A stretch of DNA of 64,000 nucleotides from Chrysomallon squamiferum. Taxonomy: Eukaryota > Animalia > Mollusca. Under the pieces are notes generated by a model. That model did not search any database and was not told the DNA's origin. It saw only the letters and a program-made list of their open reading frames with translations. The translations under genes were made by a program, and so were the position numbers. Of the stretch, positions 32,780 through 47,508 are shown piece by piece. Where the stretch lies: the NCBI GenBank assembly GCA_012295275.1, contig CM022677.1, forward strand, positions 24,614,001-24,678,000. Direction: 5' to 3'. Each line of letters begins with the position of its first letter. Position 1 is the stretch's first letter.

Positions 32780-33111
32780 TTATTGTTTTACACCTAGAAC
32801 GATGTTCTGACTCCACCTGCTTCCAGATCGACACCTCCATATGTTGAGATCGATTTTGTCTACATTGACTATTTGCAGCGTGTACACTCGCGGTTGCGAC
32901 GTCTTCTTCACGCAGCCGCACGTGTAATCAGGTATTGGCAACCTCATCTCACACGTCTTGTCCACGATGCACGTGGTCCAGAATCCGCTACCAAAATTTA
33001 GCTGAAAATACAGAGGGTGTTCGATGCTGCTGACAGGGCTAACGTGACAGTACAGTGTGAAATTCTTTCCTATTGCAGGTTCTGCCAAGCTGTACATAAA
33101 CATTTCCAAAC
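32780..33111 (-). CDS. Gene E, domain exon 3 (terminal-type)
   Basis: CAG acceptor. GKNFTLYC...FQLNFGSGFWTTCIVDKTCEMRLPIPDYTCGC...DLNIWRCRSG...GVKQ*. Confidence 0.9.
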
Positions 33112-33215
33112 CTGAAAGATATAAATCGTTAGACCAATGGTCAGTAATATGAAAACCAACAACGACAACAAAATAGTAGTAGTGAATAGTGGCAGCTGCA
33201 GTAGTAGAAGCAGTT

Positions 33216-33248
<33 letters not shown>

Positions 33249-33294
33249 ATAGTAGTAGTTTTAGTAGTAGTAGTAGTGATAAATAAACAAATAC

Positions 33295-33423
<129 letters not shown>

Positions 33424-33509
33424 TACTACTACTACTACTACTACTATTATTATTCGTTGATGTCATTACATTTTTTCTCATAATAAGAATAGGAAATTTA
33501 TATTCTTAC

Positions 33510-33835
33510 TGTGAAGTTGAAATCTGACGTCAGCGCTGACGACGTTTCCATACTGACATCTCCATGGAAAATTCTGAGTTTTCTTCAGTTCTGGAATTTT
33601 CATCTTGTACGTAGTTCCCGCTGACGCGTTCTGAACACACTGGCAAATGTAATCTTGTATATTATCTCGCTGAACACACGAAGCGTCAATCTTGCAGACC
33701 GATAAATATTCGTTTCCGTTTTCATTTGAAAGATCACTGTAGAGTTATCGCCCTTGGGAATAATGGCTGAACAGTAGAAAGCGTACGGCTGTCCTATAAT
33801 TCCCACACGTGACCCTCGCATGGACAAATGTATTA
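33510..33835 (-). CDS. Gene E, domain exon 2 with a 1-nt frameshift (pseudogene or sequence error)
   Basis: 326 nt between the CAG acceptor and A|GTAAG donor. GQPYAFYC...FQMK, then in a shifted frame EYLSVCKIDASCVQRDNIQDYICQC...FPWRCQYG. Confidence 0.85.
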
Positions 33836-34043
33836 CTGAAAACAGAAAAAATCTATAAATAATAAATTTTAAAAAAAAAAAATAATAATAATAAAAAAAT
33901 CTAAATAATAAATAAAAAAAATCTATAAATAATAAAAAAAAATAAAAAGTAAATAAATTTAAAAAAAAAAAATAATAATAAAAATATCAAAAAATAAAAA
34001 TATCTGAAATAAATTATAAAAAAAAAAATGTAGGTGTACTCAC

Positions 34044-34373
34044 CGTTAAGAGTGAAGGTAAAATTGTTACTGTAAACGTCTCCGATTTTACATCGCCACG
34101 TTCGATGATCGATCTCTTCCAAAGCTGTTATAATCAGTTTGTACGTTCGTCGTTCGCCAGTGTAGTTCCAGTCGCATTCACAGAAATACTTTTTTGACGT
34201 GAAGACCTTTGAGCACGAGCTCCTCACCGAACACATAGTTTCAAACTGATTTCCGTCTTGTCTCTGAAACTCTGTTTTCCATTCGATAGCTAGAGCTGGG
34301 GACGCGGTACAAACAAAGGAATAACTTTCCCCTGGGACTGCACTGCCCGGGCCTGTCATTTCTACATGCAAGC
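34044..34373 (-). CDS. Gene E, domain exon 1 (CKIG subclass; leader exon not found)
   Basis: 330 nt, CAG acceptor, G|GTGAG donor. MTGPGSAVPGESYSFVC...MCSVRSSC...YFCEC...DHRTWRCKIG. Confidence 0.9.
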
Positions 34374-34487
34374 CTGGAAAATAGCGTTAGCAGTCATCTT
34401 GATAAGAGAAGGTGACTGTGAACACAATGACTTAATTTATATGTCCGAAGTGAAAAGGGATGGAAAAAATGAAAAATACATGGACAA

Positions 34488-34522
<35 letters not shown>

Positions 34523-34581
34523 ATGTCTTATGTAATGTCCTCAGAATAATACTTCTTCTTGCTTTATTATTATTATTATTA

Positions 34582-34650
<69 letters not shown>

Positions 34651-34653
34651 CAG

Positions 34654-34980
34654 ATGCGCTTCTTGTCATGAACGGAAAATTATACGCTGCAATCAAAATG
34701 AACTATACACTTTATTGTTCTGTTTCTGGCGCTGAAAGCAAATCCTCCTACACTCTGCAATTTCAGAAATACGTAGACGGGGTCTATATCACTTTCTGTA
34801 TGATACATAAATCGTGCAATCGTCACTTTAATATCAAAGGCTATACCTGCGCATGCGTAGATCAAACTCGGACCTACTTGTATAAAATGACGATAGAAAG
34901 GGTGAAGGCAAGTGACTACAACGGATGGAGGTGCCAGCTTGGGAAAGATCTGAGCAACTTCTTCAAGTTTGATGTTCCCT
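34654..34980 (+). CDS. Leaderless domain exon (paralog of 18271-18596)
   Basis: 327 nt, CAG acceptor, T|GTAAG donor. MNGKLYAAIKMNYTLYC...FQKYVDGVYITFC...YTCAC...DYNGWRCQLG. Confidence 0.88.
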
Positions 34981-35238
34981 GTAAGATGTTTTGTCGTCCT
35001 AATTGCATCCTTAGAATAAAACTAGTCTGCCTCTTTCTCTACGGTTTACAATATCTATGTGAAGGACTCGATTTTACAAGTCTATAATTAGTTATCATTG
35101 TCTGGCTCATTTTACTTTTATTTTCTGTTCTTTACACTCTTTCTCTTTTTTTTTTTTTTTTTATTATTATTAATATATATATATATTAGATAGAAAGATA
35201 GATAGATAGATAGGGATACAGGTGTTTCTCTTTTCTAG

Positions 35239-35550
35239 GGAAACCTGTGCAAATGGGAGGTCTACCCAATCCTGTTCTGGGGAAGAATTATACGTTGTTT
35301 TGCATGGTCTATTCTATCGTAAGACTAAATAAACAGGTGATATTCATCAGGCGCAGTGGAGGTAAAGTTCATGGAATATGTTCCGTTGCACCAACCTGCT
35401 CGGTGAAATTTAGCGTTGTCAGCTACCACTGTGGATGCTTAAATATGGTAGGAGTGGAACGAAATTTCAAATTGACAATAGAAAGTTTGTCGAGGGAAGA
35501 TGAAAGTAAATGGCAGTGTAGAGTTGGAAAAGTGAACAGTTACATTTTAG
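35239..35550 (+). CDS. Domain exon following 34654-34980
   Basis: 312 nt, TAG acceptor, G|GTAAAG donor (or read-through to a stop at 35574-35576). LGKNYTLFC...ICSVAPTC...YHCGC...DESKWQCRVG. Confidence 0.85.
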
Positions 35551-35666
35551 GTAAAGATTTTGTTATCATCTTTTGAGCATTATTGAAACTGCAAGGTGTA
35601 AATTGCTGTGTATTCAATTTTCAATCGTTTATTTATTTTATTTTTTTTATTTTTTTATTTATTTTT

Positions 35667-35730
<64 letters not shown>

Positions 35731-35773
35731 TTTATTTTATTTATTTTTTTATTTATTTATTTATTTATTTTTT

Positions 35774-35808
<35 letters not shown>

Positions 35809-37163
35809 TTATTCTTTGTGTTTTTTCATTTTGGCATTATTTTTTCAGAATTTCTTTGTTTCGTTTTTATATGTTTATTTTGATTAGATTTCATTTCTAA
35901 GAATTTTTCTAAATTATATTTGAATTTATGAAATACTGGTCACTTGAAACAGATGTTGTTTTGGTATATAGTTTCAGCCAGGGTAAAGTTTGGATCCTTC
36001 TGAACTGAATCATTTTATAAATTTTCCCAACTGATATTTTAGAACCAGCCTATCAATGAATACCGTGAAAGAAAAACAGAATAAACAAACAAATAAACAA
36101 ACAAACAAACAAACAAATAAATAAAACAAAATAAAACAAATAAATAAATAAATAAATAAATAGAAAGCAAAGAAACAAGACAGAAATATATTACGTACAT
36201 GTCACATATTTACGTATCCTGTTGTCTTTTCAGTTGAATATCTTATTTTTCAAAAATGTTTAACTTAACAGCATTAACGATATCTGTTATTATTACAAAA
36301 TGTCTGATTTAAATATGACGTCATTAACATCACGTGAAGTTTTGCATCAAATGATGACGCCGTATTGAAAGAATATGACGATTCAGTGATCTTTTTTTTT
36401 TTTTTTTTTTTTTAATAATTTTAATGTTTTCATTTTTGGGTTTTAAATGTTCAGTGATTATGGATAGCTGAACTAAACAACAACAACAAACAACAACAAT
36501 AATAATAATAATAAATGAATGAATGAATATATATATATATATATATTAATAATTATGTATGTGAAAATGTTCTAATAATTTATTAAATGAAAATAAATCT
36601 AATGTAGTCAAATTAAGTTCACTTAATTTTATTTTATATTCTTTAATTTACTTTATTTTATTTGATGCATTTATTAGTTATAGCTTTAGTTTATCAAATG
36701 TTCTGTAAACAATACAGTTTAAAATAAATAGTTCAAAATGTTGCTGATACTTATTTTCTATTTTTAGATTTACGTTTTGTAAACAGCACACAAAAGAGAA
36801 CGAAGAAAGAAATCGAAAAAAAAGAAAAGAGGCTGACAATAGTTCACTGAAAGAGTTTTTTTTTTTTTCTTTGATGTACTTTTTCTTTCATTTGAAAAAG
36901 ATCGGGTGAAGTTTCTCTTCTTTTTTTTCATTAAAAAAAAATCAGAACTTTTATCTTGTTTGTCCTTTTACAAAAATAAATAAATTAATTAAAATAAGAA
37001 TTAAAAAAAATAGAAAGAAAGAACGAAAAAAAAAAAAAAAAAAACGCGAAAAACACGAAAAGTTATGTCAGTTGCTATTTATAGCACAATGAAAAATAAA
37101 ACATAAATTAAAAATTGTAAGTTAAAATACAGTTTCTACAATTACTAGTTAGATATTTCAACA

Positions 37164-37218
<55 letters not shown>

Positions 37219-38448
37219 TATGTCAAATTCCAGTAATATCCACCTATGATCACAAAAATTTCCAATAACAATAATATCCAAAGCATTGGTCATATTTATT
37301 TCTCGGTCGCGTAATTTCGTGACGTAAAATGATTATAGAATAGGACTTTTATTATAAAATTTCATATTACGTCAAAGATCTAATGACGTGGTCCTATTTC
37401 ATTTTTTTATCTCTAACGATTGGTTCACTGTGTTTTTTTGATTATTTTCATAATTTAATTTTACTTACTTTTTATCATTTAAATTTTGGTTTTTGGTCCA
37501 TATTACGTCAAAAGAGATAAATAATAAAAAATTTAAAAACTGTGTAAAACAAAAAAAAAAAAAAAAAAAAAAAAAAAAACAAAAAAAAAAATTAAATAAT
37601 TAATGAAAAATTTGATTCAAATCATTAAAAAAAAAATATATATGTGTGTCTGTCTGTGTGTGTGTGTGTGTGTGTAAATTATCTGTACGTACTTAGAATG
37701 AATGTACAGGTTCAAGGATGTTAGAGTATCATTTGAAGAGACTGGAAATTAAAAATTTCTACATCATAATGGTATTTCAGAGGAAAGAGTTAATTATGAT
37801 TTATATCATTATAAAAATACATAAACCTAAACAAACGAGAATGTGAACACACGAACACATATAAAAATACATAAAAAAAAAAAAAAATAAATAAATTAAT
37901 ACACATATTCCATAAACAAAAACACACACACACACAAAACAAAACACACACACACACACACACACACATACATACACATAAGTGCTTAGATACATAGATA
38001 TTTACATATACATACATACATAAAATATATCCATACATATATTATTAAACAACAGGCGTATATTAAAAAATTGAAGAAAATAAAAAAATAAATAAAAAAA
38101 AAAAAAAAAAAAAAAAATAAAATAAAATCATTTTGACATTTATTATCTGAATTCACTGGATAAATTTCAGAAATAATTTATAGCAACAAAAGGAAAAAAA
38201 AAAAAAAAAAAAAAACAACAAAAAAAAAAAAAAAAAAAAAAAAAACAAACAAAAAAAAAAAAAAAAAAAAAACAAAATAAATAAATAATAAAAAATATAA
38301 AATAAACGCACACTACAGTGAAATCGGAAATGCTGAGTATTCAAATATAGATCAACACAGTTTTGGTTTAATTTTTTGTTTTTTTTTTTTTTTCCCGCTT
38401 TAGTTCGGATAATTTCAAGTTAATGTTAGAAAAGAAAAAAATTACACA

Positions 38449-38521
38449 ATGCTGAAAAAAACATCTGAAAATGTTGTGCTAATAGGATTTCTGATAATAT
38501 CTGCCATTTCTTCTGTGAACG
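38449..38521 (+). CDS. Gene F1 leader exon (MLKKTSENVVLIGFLIISAISSVN-G); donor uncertain
   Basis: Signal-peptide-like sequence (basic N-region, hydrophobic core, small residues). Conserved at 44057-44129. The expected donor reads GAATGT rather than GTATGT. Confidence 0.7.
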
Positions 38522-38705
38522 GAATGTTAAACCGAAGTACTATTATTTACTTGTATATCTGTGTGTATATATGTGTGTCAGTATGTAATTGTGTATATGT
38601 GTACATGAATATGTATGAATGGATATGTATGGGTATGTATATAGGTAAGTATGTAAACACATACATATATATGCACACACACAATCTATTTTCTTCCTAT
38701 TCTTA

Positions 38706-38742
<37 letters not shown>

Positions 38743-38841
38743 AAAAATTTATTTTTTCTTTTATTCTTCTTTGTTTTAATTTTTAATGTGTTAAAAACAA
38801 AACTTACATCAACAAACTTTCAACTAATATTTCTCTTACAG

Positions 38842-39168
38842 TACTTTCTGTGGCTATGAACGGTCCGCCTAACGCCGTTCTGGGTCAGTCTTACTCTCTG
38901 TTCTGTTCTGTCGTTCCCGATGAACATATTTCTGCCAGTATTCATTTCCAAAGACAAGATGGATTCTCGTTTTCGTCACAGTGCTTCGTACCACCATCTC
39001 GTTATAAAGCGATAGCTGAAGACGGCTACCAGTGTTCCTGCGTACATAACAAATCTGGACATTGGCTCTTCATGATGACCATTCAGGCGGTCAAACCTGA
39101 AGATAAAACGTCTTGGAAATGTCAGATAACACTCCATGAAAGCAACCTGTTCACATTCAATCTTTACA
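38842..39168 (+). CDS. Gene F1, domain exon 1 (third Cys replaced by Arg)
   Basis: 327 nt, CAG acceptor, A|GTAAC donor. MNGPPNAVLGQSYSLFC...QCFVPPSRY...YQCSC...DKTSWKCQI. Confidence 0.9.
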
Positions 39169-39386
39169 GTAACAACTTTATTATTTTATATATGAGTGTC
39201 TCTATAATGTCTGAGTGTTTATATGTGCGTGTGTACCTATGTATGTATGTACAGATATATACATACATACACTCATACATACATACATACATACATACAT
39301 ACATAGATACATACATACATACATAGAAACATACATGGATATATACAGTCGTACACATTAAAAAATAACTTAATACATTCTTCAAG

Positions 39387-39713
39387 GAGCATCTCTACAA
39401 ATGCACGGACCTGCTAATGTAATTTTGGATCACAAATGTACCCTGTTTTGTACCGTTTCTTCTGAATACACCATCAAAACGAAAATCGATTTTCGAAGAC
39501 TGTCCCAAAGATCTTTTGTTTCAATGTGCACCGTTGACTACAGATGTTCAGAGGTTTTCCAGAGAGGACAGTATCACTGTAGATGCAGACAGAACAGTGG
39601 AACGAACCCAGTGTACACACTGACAATTCCCAACGTCAAGGAAACAGACCACACCATGTGGAGATGTGAAAGTGGACCGATTTACAGCAATCAAATCAAA
39701 TTCAATATCTTCA
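39387..39713 (+). CDS. Gene F1, domain exon 2
   Basis: 327 nt, AAG acceptor, A|GTACG donor. MHGPANVILDHKCTLFC...MCTVDYRC...YHCRC...DHTMWRCESG. Confidence 0.9.
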
Positions 39714-40145
39714 GTACGCGATATGAAATCGTAATTAAAGTAACTAAAATAGCATCGACATATACAGGTAGATAGGTAGATAGATAGATTATATAGATAG
39801 ATGATAGGTTGAAAGATAGGTAGGTAGATAGATATATTGATAGATAGATGGATACATAGATATATATAGATAGATACATAGAAATACAGAGAGAAATCGA
39901 TAATAATAATGTCATGTATTTACATATGCATAGTTAGATAACAGATATAGAAAACAAGTAAATAGACAAACTGACATACTCATCAGATAAATGTATAGGT
40001 AAATAGATAAATAAAAAGAAAGAAGGAAAGACAGAGACCCAGAGCAGACAGATTAGTTAGAAAGACAGAAAGACAGATGGACAGTTAGACAGCTAGACGT
40101 TAACAGATAATTTGATATATGTGACACCTACCTCTGTTGTTACAG

Positions 40146-40472
40146 GTGTAACTGTGCAAATGTATGGGCCACCTAATATTGTCCTGGGAATGAATTACAC
40201 TTTCTACTGCTCCGTGAATCCTGCATCTAGAATGTCAGCTCCTCTGCAGTTTCAAAGAAACGAAGACGACGTCTTTATTCCACTGTGTGTGGTGTCTGCA
40301 TCGTGGAAACAGGGGTTCCACTTAACACGATATCGTTGTGGTTGCGTAAACACCACCGCAGACGTCAGAGTATATAGTATGACGATTGTAGGAGTCACTG
40401 TAAGCGATATCAAAAGTTGGAGATGTGAAGCAGAGCCCAGTATTAGCAATCCTTTCCGATTAAACATTCACA
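40146..40472 (+). CDS. Gene F1, domain exon 3 (third Cys replaced by Trp)
   Basis: 327 nt, CAG acceptor, A|GTAAG donor. MYGPPNIVLGMNYTFYC...LCVVSASW...YRCGC...DIKSWRCEAE. Confidence 0.9.
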
Positions 40473-40622
40473 GTAAGACGTCTTAGAGATTTTCATCCTA
40501 ATAAGGGAACTGTTTTCAGTAATATTTGTTTGTTCTTCTTCTCCTTATTCTTCTATTATTATTCTCCTAATATTATTTATATTATTGTCGCTATTTTTGT
40601 CGTTCTAATTATTATTATTATG

Positions 40623-40664
<42 letters not shown>

Positions 40665-40735
40665 TTATAAAGAAAGGAGGTAATATTTAAGAAAAATGTT
40701 TTATCAGTCTATTTTTTTTTTTTTTTTTATATATG

Positions 40736-40871
<136 letters not shown>

Positions 40872-40913
40872 TTTTTCTTTTTTGTTAGTTTGTTGTTCTT
40901 ATTTTTTCACTAG

Positions 40914-41263
40914 GTGTGTCTGTTCTAATGACTGGTAAACCGATAGTGACTCTAGGATACAAATACACTTTCTTCTGTCGTGTAACTCCCTCCAATCGTA
41001 TAGACGCTCCGCTTCACTTTCAGAGGTATGAACTGGGCTCCTTTATTACGGTGTGCCTGGTGGACACAAACTGCGTATCGACATTTCGTTTGGTCGGTTA
41101 CGAATGTGGCTGCGTGCTCAAAGGTTCAGATCCAAGGTATTACTGGCTTGTAGTGCAGAAGTTGCAGAAAAAACATCAGAGAAGATGGCGCTGTCAGATG
41201 GGGCCTAGTTTTAGCAACCTGTTCAAGTTCACAGTTGCCGCTAAGTACATACCTCATAGATGA
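40914..41263 (+). CDS. Gene F1, domain exon 4 (reads through a donor-like CTAAGT to a stop)
   Basis: TAG acceptor. MTGKPIVTLGYKYTFFC...VCLVDTNC...YECGC...HQRRWRCQMG...AAKYIPHR*. Confidence 0.88.
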
Positions 41264-41591
41264 ATGTATACACATATGCATACATACATAAATACATACA
41301 CACATTCATAGTTATATACGTTTATACTTTGGTACAGACACACATACATGTACTGGGTAATGATTGTTTTTCAAACTTTATTTCTAATAAATATAAATAC
41401 ATACATTCATGCATAGATATGTCTTGATATATATATATATTCAGATATACACACATGAATACATACAGATACAAAAACAATTCGGGTGTTTGCTATTATA
41501 ATGCTTCTTTCTCAAAATGTATTTCTAATAAAAACAAATTATAAAATCAGTTGTCTCCATGGATATTACTTGATTTTTGAAATTTAAATCG

Positions 41592-41675
<84 letters not shown>

Positions 41676-41896
41676 CTTTAACCGCTGAAAATTGCAAAGT
41701 CCTTCTTTGATAACGATAATTATAATTTTTTATAATTATTATTATTAATTTTCTTATTTCTTAATGACATTTCCTATACAATATTCCTTTCTGTTATTTT
41801 TCAGAAAGAGGTTGATGTCCAAAGCCCATGTTTAAACAGGAGGAAAAAAATAAATCATCACTTTTATATTGTTCACTGAAAAATGATCTCTTGCTC

Positions 41897-42141
<245 letters not shown>

Positions 42142-42764
42142 CTGTCTGTGTGTGTCTGTCATAGATATATATGCATTTTCTGCTTTATTTTTCAGGACAA
42201 TGAATTCGCTATGAAATTTCGTCCCATAAAGTAGAAATTGTTCCAGACTTATGAGTAAAAAAAGAATAAAAATAAAAATTATAAAAGAAACTCTCTTTGG
42301 TTCTCTCATTCATTGCCCTATAAATTTTCTTGTCATGTTTGAACGTGGTATTAAAACAAAGAAAACAATAGATGTTTTTCGTGGTTTTACTTATCAACGT
42401 TTCTTTTCTAAACCCAGTTTGTTTTTTAATATATACACACACCCACACACATATACAAATATATACAGAGAGCATGGTGTGTCTATTTCTGTATTACTTT
42501 TATTATTACTATCATTCACTCTTCATCATCATCATCATCATCATCATCATCTTGTTGTTCTTCTTTTTCTTCTCTTCTTCTTCTTCTTATTATTATTATC
42601 ACTATTGTCAATTATTTATTATAATTCTTATTATCATCATCATTTTATTGCTGTCTTTATTCTTGTTGTTCGTATTTCTATAAAACTCAATTAAACATAA
42701 AAATGTTCTGTTCAATGATAAATATATTAATATAAAAATATTCAATTACAAGCAGAGACAGAAC

Positions 42765-42795
<31 letters not shown>

Positions 42796-42860
42796 AAATG
42801 AACAGTTTTACTTACATGACGATCATAATGATTAAACTAGTTATTTATTTAGTGACTTAC

Positions 42861-42907
<47 letters not shown>

Positions 42908-43544
42908 TTTGTTTATTTATGTTTGTTTCTTTATTTTTTTTTTTTTTTTTTTTTTTATTTTATTTTGTTTTATTTTATTTTACTCTATTTTATTTTGGTT
43001 TATTTACTTATTCATAAACTAGAGGTACCTCTTCTACCGGGTCCTATTTACTTTACTGATGTTTTTCCTGCTATCGTTATTTTGTTATTTTATTATTATT
43101 ATCTTTATTATTATTAGTAGTAGTAGTAGTAGTAGTAGCAGTAATACTAGTAGAGTAGTAGTAGTATCATTTTTAGTTGTGTAAGTATTTATTTTCTTTC
43201 ATCATTATTATCATAATCATCATCATTTTATTGTTACTAGTATGTATATATATATACACACACAAACACACACACACACACACATACATACACACACGCA
43301 TTAAACATAATGCCGCAGTTTGTAGTACAAATCGCAGACTAAATATAATATAAATTAAAATAAATTAAAAGATTTATCTAATACTAACATTAATACTTCT
43401 TTACATTATAACAGTATTTGAGAGGAAAGAGTTAATTATGGTTTATATCATTATAAACTAACATAAACACAAACAAACGAACATGTAAGCACAAACACAT
43501 ATTGAAATACATTAAAAACATAAATAAATAAATAACATACATAC

Positions 43545-43592
<48 letters not shown>

Positions 43593-43633
43593 CAAAAACA
43601 CACACAACTCCATACATACATACATATTTAAAC

Positions 43634-43685
<52 letters not shown>

Positions 43686-43803
43686 AAAGCTGAGTCATAT
43701 ACTAAAAACAGTAGAAAAAAAAACTGAATACAGATAACAAATCATTTTGACATTTATTATCTGAATTCACTGGATAAATTTTTGAAATTATTTATAGCAA
43801 CAA

Positions 43804-43848
<45 letters not shown>

Positions 43849-44056
43849 GAACGAACAAAACATATTAAAAAAGTAACAAAAAAAATAAATAAATAAATAA
43901 ATAAATAAATATTAATAAAGGCACACTCCAGTGAAATCAGAAATGCTGAGGATTCAAATATAGATCAACACAGTTTTGATTTTAGTTTTGTTTTTCTTTT
44001 TTCTGCTTACGTCGGATAATTTCAAATTACTGTTAGAAAAGAAAAAAAATTACACG

Positions 44057-44129
44057 ATGCTGAAAAAAACATGTGAAAAGTTTGTGCTAATAGGATTTCT
44101 GATAATATCTGCCATTTCTTCTGTGAACG
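44057..44129 (+). CDS. Gene F2 leader exon (MLKKTCEKFVLIGFLIISAISSVN-G); donor uncertain
   Basis: Paralog of 38449-38521. The expected donor reads GGATGT. Confidence 0.7.
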
Positions 44130-44433
44130 GGATGTTAAATCAAAGTACTATTATTTTATTGTATATATGTATGTCAGTATGTAATTGTGTATATGTCTAT
44201 ATGAATATATATATATGAATGGATATGTATGGGTATGTATAAAGGTAAGTATGTATGTGCATGTGTGTTTTTGTGTGTGTCTGTATCTATATATGCATGA
44301 CTGTAAACACATATATTTTGTGTATTTGTATCTATATGTATAAGTCAATATATGTTTAGGTGTATATACATGTATATAGATGTACATATAGAAACATACA
44401 TACATACATAAATATATACGTACATACATATAT

Positions 44434-44592
<159 letters not shown>

Positions 44593-44656
44593 CAGATAGA
44601 TACACTAACACATACATCTTACATCAACAAACTTTTAACTAATATTTCTCTTACAG

Positions 44657-44983
44657 TACTTTCTGTGGCTATGAACGGTCCGCCTAACGCCGTTCTGGGT
44701 CAGTCTTACTCTCTGTTCTGTTCTGTCGTTCCCGATGAACATATTTTTGCCAATATTCATTTTCAAAGACAAGATGGATTCTCGTTTTCGTCAGCGTGTG
44801 TCGTGGAACCATCATGTTATAACATAATAGCTGAAGACGGCTACCAGTGTTCCTGCGTACATAATCAACCTGGACATTGGCTCTTCATGATGACCATTCA
44901 TGCGGTCAAGCCTGAAGATAAAACGTCTTGGAAATGTCAGATATCATTCCACACAAGCAACCTGTTCACATTCAATCTTTACA
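44657..44983 (+). CDS. Gene F2, domain exon 1
   Basis: 327 nt, CAG acceptor, A|GTAAC donor. All 6 Cys present. Close paralog of 38842-39168. Confidence 0.9.
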
Positions 44984-45077
44984 GTAACAACTTTATTGTT
45001 TTATATATGAGTGTGCGTGGGTGTGTCTGTGCGTTTGTCCGCATAACGTCTGTCTGTGAATATGTGTTTACTATTCA

Positions 45078-45121
<44 letters not shown>

Positions 45122-45303
45122 TAGATAGATAGATATATATACACACACATACACACATATACACACATATATACATATATATACACAAAACACATACACA
45201 TACATAAGTTCATACATACATACATCAGTACATACATACATGCATACACACATACATACATATTTGACTCACACATTAAAAAGAATTTAATACATTATTC
45301 TAG

Positions 45304-45630
45304 GAGCATCTCTACAAATGCACGGACCTCCTAATGTCATTTTGGATCACAAATGTACCCTGTTTTGTACCGTTTCTTCTGAATACACCATCAAAACGAA
45401 AACCGATTTTCGAAGACTTTCCCATGGATTTTTTATTTCAATATGCACTGTTGACCACAACTGTTCTGAATACTACCAGAGAGAACAGTATCACTGCGGA
45501 TGTACACAGAACAGTGGAATGAACCCAGTGTACACGATGACAATTCCCAACGTCAAGGAAAAAGACCACACCATGTGGAGATGTGAAAGTGGATCGATTG
45601 TCAGCAATGAGATAAAATTCAATATCTTAA
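45304..45630 (+). CDS. Gene F2, domain exon 2
   Basis: 327 nt, TAG acceptor, A|GTAAG donor. Paralog of 39387-39713. Confidence 0.9.
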
Positions 45631-45694
45631 GTAAGTGATCTGAAATCGTAATTAAAGTAATTAAAATAGCATCGATACATAGGTAGGTAGGTAG

Positions 45695-45812
<118 letters not shown>

Positions 45813-45981
45813 GCATAGAGATACGTGAATGAAGACGATTACCCTCGATTATTCAGCAACGATTCCTTGAGAGAAAGGGTGTCATATATTCCAGTCTGCT
45901 CAGCTGTATGTCTTTGAGTTCGTGAGATAGTGATTAGAATATTCAAAGCCTAACACACACACACACACACACACATATATG

Positions 45982-46107
<126 letters not shown>

Positions 46108-46483
46108 ATCCAGATGATTATTCAAAGCTCCTTAACTTTATTACACTTACTTTGATTAACATCACGAAATCGATAATAATAATAATATCATGTGTATACT
46201 TACGCATAGATAAATAACAGACAGACAGATATAGAAAACCGGTAAATAGACAGTATGATATACTCATCAGATAAATGTATAGCTAGGTAGATAAATAAAT
46301 AGACAATCTGACATACTCATCAGATAAATATATAGATAAAGGGATAAATAAAAAGACACAAGGAAAGTCAGAGACCCAGAGCAGACAGATTAGTTAGAAA
46401 GACAGACAGACAGATGGACAGTCAGACAACTAGACGTTAACAGATAATTTGATAAATGTCACACCTACCTTTTAATATTACAG

Positions 46484-46810
46484 ATGTAACTGTGAACATG
46501 TATGGGCCGCCTAATATTGTCCTGGGAATGAATTACACTTTCTACTGCTCCGTGAATCCTGCATCTAGAATGTCAGCTCCTCTGCAGTTTCAAAGAAACG
46601 AGGACGACGTCTTTATTCCACTGTGTGTGGTGTATGCATCGTGCAAACAGGGGTTCCGCTTAACACGATATCGTTGTGGTTGCGTAAACACCACCGCAGA
46701 CGTCAGGCTATTTAGTATGACGATACTGGGAGTCACCACAAGAGACAGCAGAAGTTGGAGATGTGAAGCAGAGCCCAGTATTAGCAATCATTTACGATTT
46801 AACATTCACA
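46484..46810 (+). CDS. Gene F2, domain exon 3
   Basis: 327 nt, CAG acceptor, A|GTAAG donor. Paralog of 40146-40472 with the third Cys intact. Confidence 0.9.
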
Positions 46811-47084
46811 GTAAGATTTGTCAGAGATTTTCATCCGTTATAAGCGAAATGTTTTGAGTAACATTTTCTTCTACTTCTTTCTTCTTCTTCTTCTTCTTCT
46901 TCTTCTTTTTTCTTTTACTTTTGCTCTTCTTATTATTATTATTTTATAAACAATTATTATTATTATTTTTATTTTATAAACAAAGGAGGTAATATTTAAG
47001 AAAAATGTTTTTATAAGTTTATTTTATCTTATTTTATTTATTTATTTATTGAGTTTTGTTAGTTTGTTGTTGTTTTTTCACTAG

Positions 47085-47275
47085 GAGTCTCTGTCCAGAT
47101 GACTGGTAATCCGACAGTCACTCTAGGAAAGAAATGCACTTTCATCTGTCCTGTAACTCCCTCCAATCGTATAGACGCTCCGCTTCACTTTCAGAGGTAT
47201 GAACTGGGCTCCTTTATTACGGTGTGCCTGGTGGACACAAACTGCGTATCGACATTTCGTTTGGTCGGTTATCAA
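47085..47275 (+). CDS. Gene F2, domain exon 4 (truncated by the assembly gap)
   Basis: TAG acceptor. MTGNPTVTLGKKCTFIC...VCLVDTNC...VGYQ, then Ns. Confidence 0.85.
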
Positions 47276-47475
47276 NNNNNNNNNNNNNNNNNNNNNNNNN
47301 NNNNNNNNNNNNNNNNNNNNNNNNNNNNNNNNNNNNNNNNNNNNNNNNNNNNNNNNNNNNNNNNNNNNNNNNNNNNNNNNNNNNNNNNNNNNNNNNNNNN
47401 NNNNNNNNNNNNNNNNNNNNNNNNNNNNNNNNNNNNNNNNNNNNNNNNNNNNNNNNNNNNNNNNNNNNNNNNNNN
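47276..47475. other. Assembly gap (200 N)
   Basis: Run of N. Gene orientation flips across it. Confidence 0.99.
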
Positions 47476-47508
47476 ATTTACAAAATATATTTTGTCATTA
47501 TTCGTTAC

